Shown here piece by piece: positions 48,001 to 60,610 of a stretch of 64,000 nucleotides of DNA. The DNA lies in contig NW_003526943.1 of assembly GCF_000181795.1 (NCBI RefSeq), positions 9,904,849-9,968,848 of the forward strand, read 5' to 3'. The position numbers were made by a program, and so were the translations under genes. A model generated the notes under the pieces. It searched no databases. It worked only from the letters and a program-made list of their open reading frames with translations, and was not told the DNA's origin. The stretch comes from Trichinella spiralis. Its lineage: Eukaryota. Every line of letters begins with the position of its first letter. The stretch's first letter is position 1.

Positions 48001-50859
48001 GCCCACTTGACACATTGCAGCTTGTTGAGATGACGTCAAGACACTGTGAATTACACACACCTCAAAATATAACTTTTGAATAAAACAAAAAAACCAACTG
48101 ATCTATACATGTATGTATGTGTATTTTTTGCACTTATATTATTTATGAAACGTCGACTGTCGAACATTAGACATTTGTATTAACAATATTGAATTTCAAA
48201 AAAATTCAACCAGCGGAAAAAGCAAAAATAAATTTCTGATCGATGTTTTAATTGATGAAAAATGGGCTTTCCAAGCCGGTGTTCAATAAATGAATAAAAA
48301 CACATGGATCATGCTTTTTCAGGATTCATCATGAGAATACACGACAGCTGCAACTACTGAAAAAAGTCAAACAACTGTGAAAATATTTTAATAAATCATG
48401 CAAGTAGCAGTAAAGCAGAAAACTGTTCATTCATTTATCTATTCGTGCATGAAATGAAAAATGCACAAAAAAGAAAATTTCACTTTAAAAATACCTAATA
48501 AAATAATAATAATTGTACTTTATTAAATTTGTTCGTTGGCAAAGATATTTTCCGAGAAAAATTATATATTTTTTTTCTTTGAATAGCTTTATTACAACAA
48601 AATAGCTTCTGCAAATAATTTCTGAAACGAAATTTGCTTTGATTGTCATTTTTGCATTTTGTCGAGCTTGCCATTATTAAATAAATTGAGACAAGCAAAA
48701 TAATGACACTTCGACGTTGTTAAGCAACGCTAATGGTAAATATTGAATATTAAAAAATGCTTTTCAAACGTTTATAAATAGTAACAGTAATCATTTTCAT
48801 CTGTCATTGATATTTACAAGATGTGAAAATGCATGTTTTTTTCTAATTATAATATAAATAACAGTAACGGTTAATGCACATTGTAATAGCCATAATTGGA
48901 AATCAAACATTCAGCAAAGGTTGCAAGTTGTTGAAAAAGAGAATGATTCTCATAGGCTAACTTCAACTTTAGTTGGAAAGCAAACTGTTTTTCTCATAAG
49001 TATATAACATATATTATACGTGTGTGTCCAATTTCTTCCTACATTAAAGTAGAATAAAATACAACATGATTATACATTATTTAAAAAATTCATTTCGAAT
49101 AAAAATATAATTTTCAATAAGAGTCACATTTTAATTTATTAAATTAGTATATGGATGATTTTCGAAATTAATTTTTTAAAGTTGATTAGTTAGTGCTGTT
49201 TAGTTTTAATTTTCAAAATTGCAGGTAATCGCAAGATATTCAATTGAAAGAGAAATAAAAGTTCTATTAAGTAAATGATTAGTCATATTTTACTTTTCAA
49301 ATTTTAGAAAATGAGAAACAACGTACATCAGAAATTGCTCGTCTATTTTTCGAAGGGAAATTTGCCGCCATGCATGAAGCCGCCGCTTGTCTATTAAGAT
49401 GATCAATTGAGCTTTTATCTGACCTGGCTGGGATCGATTTTGTTGCGTCGACTCGAGCTGATCAAGAACCTCGCAACGCTAAAAATTGCAACTTTACAAA
49501 ATAGAGAAGCAACGGCTGACAAGTGCAATTAAATAAATTTGGCACACTGCCACTTGTGAAAAAGGATATCCGCAATTCAAAGCGGGACAACACGGCTCGA
49601 CTGCCCAAAATAGAATAAAATTAATTCATCATGTTTTTTTTATTATTTTTTTAAAATAATACAACGAGAATCCTGAAATTGTAAAAGCAAAATGATGCAT
49701 GTGAATCAGATCAAGTTTAACAGTCCAATTTTATTGCTTGTTCTGGCACGTTTCAGTTTTTTCTAGTTTTATTACACAAAAATATATAATAAAAATTTTG
49801 TAAAATTCATCCCTGCTACTACAACTGATAAAATCGGAACAGACAAAATTTCCATTGTACGTTTTGTTCATCAATGCAAAAATTGTTTAAGAAAATTCAA
49901 AGCATAATTTACGATATCCTCTAATAATTAATGAACTAAACAAAAAAAATCCAAGTATCCAATGAAATTTTTATATCACTATTTTATAATTATTATAAGT
50001 TGTGTAAAAGAGATGTTATCTATTATACAGTTTTGTGTTTGATTTATTGATGTGATGAATGTGCCAGACAGATAAATTACTAAACATCCCATCGGCTATT
50101 CTGATAAATAGCTACTTTCTCATTTTCCAAGATCTCATTCATCATTGAACATTTCACAACAAAAAAGCAAATACTACTTAGCATTGCATAAAAATAAACC
50201 ACACATTGAACTGAACTGAACTGAATAATACGTCCATTTGCATTTCAGTTAAATAGCCGACGATATCTGGTGAAGTGTGTTGTAAAAACACTGAGTAGGT
50301 TGCAAAATCTGATTGCATTTTCACTGGGAAATTGCACTCATCGCGCCGTACTGTTGCAGAAGTTAATGAGGTATTTCACATTCGATACATCTGACATTTA
50401 ATGTGCCTGATTACGTTTTTTTTTTTACATTAGTCTTCATAATTAACCATTTTTATCACTCCGACACATTTCTCCTTTCATGATGCTTGGAAACCACTTA
50501 TGCACATGCTTCTTCCGTCGCAATCTTTATTATATTCTGAAATTTACCGACCAATATGATATAGCTAAATCTATTCTTTCGATCCTTTCATAATGCACAT
50601 CATTTGCTTTCTTATATTCTCCATTCCATACCTTTAATATGCTCGTACTTTGCAATCAACTCAATTGTGTATCTTATCGGCTTTTTTCTGTTTTAAATAT
50701 ACACAAACACAAACCACACACTTTGTAGACTGATATTTGAATAACAAAGTTACTATGGTGTATCAAGTTTGGACTAATTCGCACCAATTAAATTGACAAG
50801 GGCTATATCTATTAATGTAAATTTTCGCAACTAACATCCATTTTTTTCCATCTTAAATA

Positions 50860-50869
50860 NNNNNNNNNN
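50860..50869. other. Assembly gap (10 N)
   Basis: Run of N. Confidence 1.
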
Positions 50870-53757
50870 TTTCCCCCTCCCCGTGTTAATGGTTAGAAAG
50901 TGAAAATAATTTGCCAAAGCCAACCAATCAGATTCCGGTTAGCGTAAAATTTGCCATATATAAGGGAATAAAAGTTTGGATAAATTTTATAAAATAAAAA
51001 AATGGAAAAGGTCCATTTCCTGTTCTTATTTTGAAGCATGTTGTGCAATTTGCATGGACGTAAATTGATGCATTCTGTGATGGAGGGGGAGGGGGGTTGG
51101 GTAATTTCAAATTGTATTGTTTGTATTGAAAATATATGCATATATATTGTTCACAGCAAACTGGTTGATGTTGGTCTTTTTCAACCCTGCCCTTTTATTA
51201 GCCTGCTTATGCTCAGCGCGTTTGCCATGACCTCTGCTGACCAATACTGATCGTCTGTCTGGTGTGAAAAAGCTCGCATTGAAAATGGACAAAATTTGTG
51301 GAAAAGAAATTGCCCAGTGCAACGTCCTTGGGATTAGCTACTCTTCGTCACTTTTGATCAATAAAACTGCGTGCAAAGCGATGAATCAACGTTAATGGCA
51401 CCTCTTAAAGCGATTACGACCTGCTGTGTGTTGGTGTTATTTGCCAAAGAACGACCCCAGTTCTAGTCTGGACGATATTCGCTAATGAGAAGGATGTTTA
51501 CCTTTGTTGGCATTGGATTGGAGCGTTTTTCAAGTCTCATTAAGCGGCATGTCGATTTGACAAATAAATCTCGTCAGTATTGGTGACGTGAACACTTTTC
51601 TTCCAAGCATACGAATAGCCACTCCCTCGAATTAAGCACTGAAACCCTGAAGTAACAACACATGTCGGAAAAATTTTTTCTCATCCTCTGCTTTGAATAT
51701 TTTTCTCAAATGCTTCTTCTTCTTTTTCTCTTCTTTGGAAAAGTCAATTGACGGATCTAATTCCAAGCAATCCAAGAAATAATGAACAATTTTTGTCTGT
51801 TTTTTTAATAAAACTGATTCAAAAAAGAAAAAAAAGCAATTTCTCTATCCCGCTTCAAATTCCATTCATATTTTGCAATATAGAATAAAATATGAAAAGA
51901 TGAAGTGGACAAAATTGAAAAAAAATCAATTCTAATACCTGAAAAATATAGTTGAGGCTCAACTGAATATTATGAAACATTTTAATTGCAGATGTTTGTC
52001 ATTTTAAGCTCTTTTCAGCTTAGCTTCACAGTTAGCCGACGCTTGAATGAACAAGAACACTGTTTTCCTTGCTAGCGGATGAAATGATAATTGATAATAC
52101 TAACCTTAATGAGAACCAAACAAAAATTAACATATCTGCTAATCCACAACAACGTTAGCATAACAACAGCACAACAAGCCCATGATTAGCTAAAAGAAAC
52201 AGAACTAAAGCTTTCAACGTTGAAAGTTTGATTTTTTTCCTACGTCTGCTTTGTGCTCAACTTATCATAAACTTTTTGACGTATAAAGCATTTTTGTTTC
52301 TCAACAACAAATAAACAACAGCAACAACGTTACGTTGCAAGATGCAATTTTTGCACAACCAAGCAACGGTGAATTTTTTCTTTTGAAACATTTTTGCCAA
52401 AATTAAAATTTTAATTTTCAACAAATACAATGAAAAAAAATCTTAAAAACGACGTTCAATTGAAATTATCATCTTTTCATTTATTCTCATTCTACTCGTC
52501 AAACATTAACATTACAATAATAATAAATGTAATTGAAAATGTTAATTTTTTAAAAACTTTTTCAGATTCAAATAATGAATCATGAAAATGTCTGTTTAAA
52601 TTTTTTAAAATAAATTCTATTCAAATAAATTTTATTTGCATACAAATGAGTAAATAAAAATTGCAATTGATCTGGCCATTATTTGCTATTTAGAACAATT
52701 TATTTTTTGCACGAATGAGAAGAGAAGAGATTTTTAGTGTGCAAATAAAAATTGCTACATTTTACCTCCACAATTTAATTGTTTTCAATTAATTATACGA
52801 CTGCAACTGCGGCGATTATTGTCTCTGTTGCAGTTTATATTGCGATTGTTTGTACAGTTGGTTGTATTTATTATTATCTTATGAAATAAGTTCAGCTTTC
52901 ATATTAATCATCATTTTCATCATATCTTGGGGAAAAAATTATTTGAAATTTATACAAATTGAATAGAATATTCATGAATATATAACAAGTGAAATTATAA
53001 ATTGGCAATCTCATGAGATTAACGCTACTCTATATTGCAGAGTTACAAAATTGTGTTCGAATCGATCGAAATTATAACTGAATCAGTTACATTGTTATTC
53101 AAACTTTCGTATTGTTGTTGAAAATGATTGCACGCAGATGAAAGCAACATTATAAAATTTTGCATTTAATTAAAACAGCATCAAATTTACTCTCCATATT
53201 TTCTGTGACAAGCGCTCATCATAAAAGAAATTCATAAATTATGAATTGCAATAAAAATTAATATTTATAAAAGCATCAGTTCCAAATAGCAACCAAGCAA
53301 ATAATAACTAATTTGACTATACATATTTTGTTTGCATATAAATAAGAATAAGTAATAAAAAGTTTTATTTTCATTTTAATGTGTCTTAAACTATTTTGTA
53401 AAAAAACATGTTAATAGCGTTTTGAAAAGTTGTGCTCATGAAAAAGTTCAAACTGCTATTTGATAAAATGATTATTTTTGACAATTTTTTGAGAAAGAAA
53501 ATTGAAAATTATTGCACATTTCTTTTGAATTAAACTTCATTACCAAGGCTTTTGCTGCTTTATTCTTTTAACAAAATTTTAACTTTCAGGCACTTAACAA
53601 ACCAATCATTGCTATATTTTAAGCATTCAAACGAGATATTACGCTTTAAAAATATTTTTTTTTGCCTTTTGGCTATTAAATTCTTTTAAATATTAATTCA
53701 AACCTTCTTTCAATTTCAAAAAAGAATTTAGCTAAAAATTTTAAAATGGGTCGAAAA

Positions 53758-56379
53758 TTAGCAATTCTTGACTTTTCCAATGGAAATACTAGCGTAGGTC
53801 TGTTTGGTTCCAGTATTGAACAGTTCAACCGAATTTATATCACGTAAATTATACTGTTTGGGAATTTTCAGCATCACATCTTCACCGTTATATCTTCTTG
53901 TAATATCATGTCTGAAATGAATTATATTTGGAAAAGAAATTAAGAAAAAATTTTAAAAAAATGAAGCTTACAGGCCTGACGTTTGCTCCGAGTCGATAAA
54001 AATTAAATCAATCTTTTCTTGGTCATGCAAATATGCGCAAAAGCTGATATCTTAAAAATTGAAAATGTTTTTATTTTCCTCAAATATGCATTTAATTTTT
54101 CAACTTAATTCATTGTTAAATGTACAAAATTTAATTTAAAATATTTAAAACAAACAAAGATTAAAACTCAAATTAATTAGATTGCATTGAAGTAGAAAGT
54201 TAAAAATTGCCCTACAGTAATATTGTGAAAAATAAATGAAACTGATGTTTCATGCAAATTTGCCTTTCTTTACCAGAATGCACATCAAGAAAGAACCTCA
54301 AAATGGCAATGATTTTGACACACGGACCAGCAAATGTATATATAATTGGGCAAATTGAAAGCTTTATAATCAAAGAGGCAGGCAGATCAGGTCGCATGTA
54401 CAACTGGTGCCAGTGCTCATTGGCAATGCAAAACAATTTCCGGCATATTGTAATTGCTAATAAATTGATCATAATAATATTAACTGAAAGCAGGCTTCCC
54501 ATTCTTCCAACCTTTATTGTATTTCATCTTTTAATTTATTATCAGTCTTTCAACAATACGGCATGGATTCGGTGATTGATATATTCGAGGAAAGAAATTA
54601 TTGCCGTGACAAGAAAATCGAATCTCATCGGTAGAAACAGTTCATTGCCATTAAGTTTGTTAAAAATAAATAAATTTTTGTGGATGAAAAATTTTCAGCT
54701 TTTTCATATTTTACTTTTGAATGTTAAAAATTGGTCAATTAAGGAAAGATTATTATTGATATTTTTGCATCTTACTTGACTTCATTGTTGGCGTGTAAGT
54801 GAAATCTGGAATTAACAATGTGCTGCAGTCGAGAATCATCAGCGATCCTGAATGCAAGCGGATATCTGGTACATAAAATGGAGGCAAATCATCGACATTT
54901 TCTGAATCTTCTTGGAAAAGATCCACTTCAACTATTACATCCTTAATGAACACAATCAAAATTTAAATTAATTTTCAAATTTTTTTTTCATTTTTACCTT
55001 TTTGCAGTGGTCATAAATGAAAAAGTACTGACTTCCACGTGGCAACAGCGATATTGTCAACATGGCATTTTTCATTGGTTTAAGATAATAATTTCTGAAA
55101 CGAGTTCAAATTTTCATGACATAATAACCATAAATGCCACTTTAGAAATCTACTCATCGAGCTCATTGATTGTTTCTTTCGATAGAGATGGTAATTTTTG
55201 AGCAGTTTTTGCAGAAGAAGTGGATAAGATGTTTTGCAGCCAGTCTTTGTTAATTTGGTCAGTTTGGTCGAGCTATTGAATATGATCATGAAGAAATTAA
55301 AGATCAAAGAAAAAATAAGCACATTCATTAAATACATTGGGTTCAGATTTTCTCAGAATAGCTTCATTCGTGTTTTTAAAACGTTTCTCAGATATAATTT
55401 TAGTTCGTCCATCAAAATTCAATTTATGATGATGATTTGTTTTTCCATTTCTACCAAAATGTTCAATTTTTGGAATTTCATCACGCAACCTTGCAATATG
55501 TTTGTCACTAGCTAAAGCATCGTTATTATTTATTAAAATGGAAAATTTTATTTTATCGACAAAATTACTTCCAAGTTTTCGTTTCATTTCAACAACGTCA
55601 TTGTTATCAACATTGCCAAAAATGGCGATATTGTTCCATTTTGGTTCATATTTCCAAGATTCAGTTTCATGATTTAACTACAAAAATGTAATTTTTTTTC
55701 TGAAAATATTTATTAAATATTTAAATAAAAAGTACCGTCTTATCAACAATTGTACTTTTTTCTTGTGGTTCAGCGTCGATCAACTTTTTTCTGTGGTGAT
55801 CTAATTCAAAGAAATCTATAATATATTACCGTATTATTATCATTATTATTCAAAATAGGCAATATTTGAATGCACCTTTGATCATAGGTTCGTTCGCGAT
55901 GACGTGAGGCGACTCTTCAAAAGTTAATTCCAATGCATGCACATCTGTTTAAAGTGTTATTTAAATTTCTACTTTGAAAAGGATAACTATTACGTGGATT
56001 CAATTTTGCAATTTGAGGAATGATGTGTCTTCGAGATCGCCGACCAGCAGTTGCAATTAAATTATAAGGTAGAATTTCTTTTTTGCCATTTTGATTATTG
56101 TGTACCATGAATGTAGAACCTGAAAGGAAAAAACATTTTTGCATTAAAATTATTTCAAAAAAGCATAAAAATAAAAATATGAAGCTTACATTTCAAGTCT
56201 CCATTGAAGCTAAAGTCAGTTATTGTAATAATGTTATTACCCACTGACAGATATATGTTACCTTTTAGGTCATAATTTTTAGATAAAATAGAGTCAACAA
56301 ATTTACCATAATCATGCGCTAAAGTTTGAGTTATAAAAATTATCCAACAAAGAACATTAACTATAGAAAGCGACAGCAT
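53758..56379 (-). CDS. Secreted DM13-domain protein (Skeletor/Knickkopf-like DM13 repeats), multi-exon; internal exons not fully resolved
   Basis: Signal peptide MLSLSIVNVLCWIIFITQTLA, then DM13 start YGKFVDSI...GNIYLSVGNNIITITDFSFNG. Second repeat LHSGSLMILDCSTLLIPDFTY. Last exon RRYNGEDVMLKIPKQYNLRDINSVELFN...KNC*. Confidence 0.65.
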
Positions 56380-57550
56380 TTTATTTAAACATGAAATTGA
56401 TATGCAATTTCCAGTTGAAATCATAAAAGAGGTTATTTGGCTTGGATTTTACCGATTTAAAATTTTCTTCTCAGGGTAACGTTTGTTGAAAGTGGAGTTT
56501 TGTGTCTCGCTAGAAATTATATACTTTCTCAAGTATGTCTTTAATAACTTACCAATATCACATTCATTAGGTCAAAAGGACAATCAAAAAGCCACATTTA
56601 AAGTTGAAAATTAAAATTTATTTAAAATACACTGATACTCTCATTCATTGTATATTATCTATTGTAACAAGCAAAAAATTTTTATTTAGAAAATGCTAAA
56701 AAAATGCTGAATGCTAAAAGCGTTGTTTCCAAAATTACATTCAAATATGCAATATGTTTAAATTCAAATTTTAAAAATTTCAAATTAAAGTATCCTTTGT
56801 AATTGTTCATTCATATAACTTTTATCAAATAAAGTGTCTGAAAATGCATTACTATTGTTTTTACATTGGGTTTAAATTTTCAAAAGCAAATTTTATTTAT
56901 TCAATTTTAGCATCACTATATAAATTATGGTTTATTCTTGATTTTGTATTTATAAGCAACATTTCTAAAATTATATATATATAAGTACATTATTATATGG
57001 AAATATGGAAAAAGGAAAATTTCTAAAGCAATCATTGATTCAAAAGAAAGGTCTTCTTGCCAAAATCAAATTTAAATATGGCAAAAATACTGTGGAACGC
57101 CATTAATGCGATAAAGTAATAAGTAGATTGAACAACAAAAGTGGTAAAATTTAAATTTTAAATTTTCATCGTAAACATTTTTTAATTTAACCTGAAAAAA
57201 ATTTTTAATACGGCATATGTTTGTATTAAACTGTTTCACTCGAATTATTTATTAAAATATGATTGTGCTGAATAAATAATTTTTGTAGTTAACGTATTAT
57301 TCTTTTTTTAAAACAGCTTTTGAAAATTGAACTTTTTAGATTTGTTGATTAAAGCTATTTGAACTGAGGTTGAGGAAATAATAATGAGTGACATAAATTT
57401 CAATAAATAGAGCGTGGTTACCTGGCAAAGCTTCAAACAGTTTGAGTTACACAAGTTCAACGACATTTATGCAATTTTTGACGAGATCTACTTCATTTAT
57501 ATTATTCACATACAGCTGCATACCTGCTGTATGCTTTTTTGTCGCTTGCA

Positions 57551-60500
57551 ATGTCTCAACGACGAATATTTTGGAAATTTGCTTTATTTCTGTGTATTAT
57601 TTCAAGTAAAAAAGTGAAACGATTTCTCAGCATTATTTACTGCTAAGCATTGTTTTATTTTATTAGGTGTTTCACTGAGGAAAATTTGTGCAGGTAGCAC
57701 ACCAAATTATGGAAGATTTGCAGGTCTACTAAATGAAGAAGCATCAAAGGAGAAACCACGGTACAATTGTCAAGGGTTCGTTTGGATACCAAATGAACAT
57801 CAAATTGTGATTAGCGATTTCAACTTCATTCCACCACAGAGGAAGGAAAGTACGTTGCAGATTTAATTTGACTTGCTCAATGTTAAAATAAAGTATAACT
57901 AATGAGAGCAATAATATAAATAATTCCTTTCGTCAAAGTAAAATTTATTAAAAATTGAAGCAACAATTACAACAACATTAATGCATTTTCTGACCATTTT
58001 AAAATTTAAACCAGCTTGTATAATATGCCTATAAATGTATACCTAACATCGCCTATTTATTCATATTATAATTAAGTTCAGCTTTTAATATAACTCTTGT
58101 TGCTGTATGCCATAATTGAGTAATGCAATTTTAATCTTGAATCACAAGTAAAACAACAAGCGAACATGTAAAACATAAATTATGCAGTTATTATGAATTT
58201 CATACAAAATTTCTTGTGTGAAATTTACGGCTTTTTAACTTATGAAATCATTTACAATTTCAGTTTTTCTTCATTTTCATTCATTCATATTATGAGTGTT
58301 ATTTACTTAAATTTAATTTTATAGAATAAAAATACTTTAAACAAACAGAAAAACATTGAAGAACAATTATATTTAATCTTATTGTTGATGGTTTTGTTTC
58401 AGTTTATAAACCGTACAGCAAAATGATAAAATGAAAGCAAAGTATGCAAGTGAATTAATAATACACATTACTGCAGAGACAAAATAATGCATAAAATAAT
58501 TCAAGATAAGTAAAATTGCAAAAAATTTTTAAAATTAAGCTTTCAATAAAATGAAATATAAATCTTCTTGAATTTTAAAAATTGTTTCTATACTCCAGCT
58601 GTTTGCAATATAAAATTTATGTTCTTATAGTTTTCATTAAAAATTTGTAGCTTTAAGTTTTTTTAGGGAAAAGTTTTAAAATTTGAAAAGTTGAATGATT
58701 GTAAACATAGACAGCTTTGTAGAAAATTAAAATTTCATTATTCATATGATAAATTTTAGATAATATTACATTTTGGATTGGACCGTCCAAGAATACTGGC
58801 AGAGTCAATGATTCGGAGCCCTCAAACAATGGAATTTATTTAAAACCTGTACATTTAAAAAAACGGGCTTTACATTCAACAAAATCAATTGTAATTTTTA
58901 TATTTTGAACTTCCATTTCTACAAGTGTTATATATTACTTACAAATGCCTACTATTAGGTTCAGTATGCCAAGAAACCGAAAAGTCCCAGCGAAACAGTC
59001 TTACAAGAAATTTTGGCACTTTCAAAGGTTCCAAAAGATAAAGTTAGCACAGCTGAATACACAGCGTTTACTCCATCATATGAAAGTATATTTTTGTATT
59101 TTCTATTTTAACGCGTTTTATAATTTTGGGAAAGGCTATATAGCATTAAATATCAGATGTAAAATTATGTTCAAAAATTAGTCATTTTTGTATTTGTTAT
59201 AATTACTTTTAAAAAGATTTACATTCTGTAAATACAAATTATATTCTGCTGTTTGAAGAATTAATGCTATTCGTTGTTTTCCAAATATTCTGATTTATAT
59301 TGTGAACGCAGTTTTCATTTGTATTATATTACTGAATGGTATAATATATATATATACTCAACTCTAATAAACTGTAAACAATATTTCAGATAACATTGAA
59401 CAAACTGATACGGAAGAAGATAATGAACCGATTGAAATAGTGAAAATGGAAAAAGGAACGTTGAAAACTTTAAAAATTACCAATCCACCACCAGTGCATT
59501 CGAGCATAGTTGAAGCTTCAGTACAAGTGAAAGAATTGTCTAAGAGAAAAAAGAGAGATTTTGATGTAAATGATATTTGGAAAGCGGTTTTCAAACTCGT
59601 TGACAAAGGGGAACAGTATCAAATGATGAGACAGATGAAAAGCAGAAATAATCATAACAAGAATAAAGAAGATGTTGCTCAGACTGATGTAGAATCTCTG
59701 CCTTTGTATAAGAAAAAAGAACTGCTATTATTGAATCTTCCAGCTGAGAAGACGATATGGGATTTTTCATGGTTTTCGGTTTATGATCACAATTCAGAGG
59801 TAGATATTTGCAGCAAACTGCATTTATTATAAATTGCATCAATTTATTTTTCAGAAATCAATAGCTACTGTATATTTTCCGAAAGGTCCGAGCTGGTTGG
59901 TACCTAAATCAAAAACTTTACCAGGCTTTAGGGAATACTATCAAAAATATTCTGTCACATCTTCAAATATAGAAATCCTCGACGAAAAAACATTGTTATT
60001 TCATAATTTTTCTTGTCAAGAATGTCCTCCGGGAACTTGGATCATGGCCGGTGACGCAATGCTTCCTAATTTAGCTGGGGAAATTTTGCCTACTGTCAAT
60101 GAAAAGTAACTTTACAATAATACTTCATCATTCATTTATCATAGTAATTGAACAATGCAATGATTTTAGTGGAACATATGCTTGTGATTATTTGCCGGAT
60201 AAGTTGAAAAATGTCACAATTAAAGTAAAATTGCCAGGCTTGTGGGAAGTATCTGATTTGACTTGGATTTCGGTGTTCAACGTCCCACACAAATTCAGCC
60301 TCAGCGAAGTTTATGTGTCGCATCAAGACAATGTGCCTCCTGTATTCAATGATGATCCAGTAAGTAACTGTTTTCCTTTTTAATTTCCATACTGATTTTT
60401 GCTTTCATTATATTACAATCATTATCGCTAATTAATTATTTACTACCTATCCATCTACTTAAAATTATTTACAATATAAATCTAATATAGCGTCAAAGAA

Positions 60501-60610
60501 TACGTGTAACTGAAAATACTGTTGCATTACAAAAAATAAAATGGTTCAAATATAAATTTCAGATTTTGAAAATGATAAATAATAATAATGTAATCAAGTT
60601 TACAAAATAA
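57551..60610 (+). CDS. Secreted protein with two DM13 domains, multi-exon; final exon 60563-60610 tentative
   Basis: Signal peptide MSQRRIFWKFALFLCIISSVSL. DM13 motifs YGRFAG...IVISDFNF...FWIG, LLLNLPAEKTIWDFSWFSVYD, SSNIEILDEKTLLFHNFS and NVTIKVKLPGLWEVSDLTWISVFN. Canonical splice sites. Confidence 0.75.

Noticed and set aside
54212..54575. Overlapping ORFs inside the minus-strand DM13 gene (possible nested gene)
   Set aside because: No motifs or convincing splice structure.
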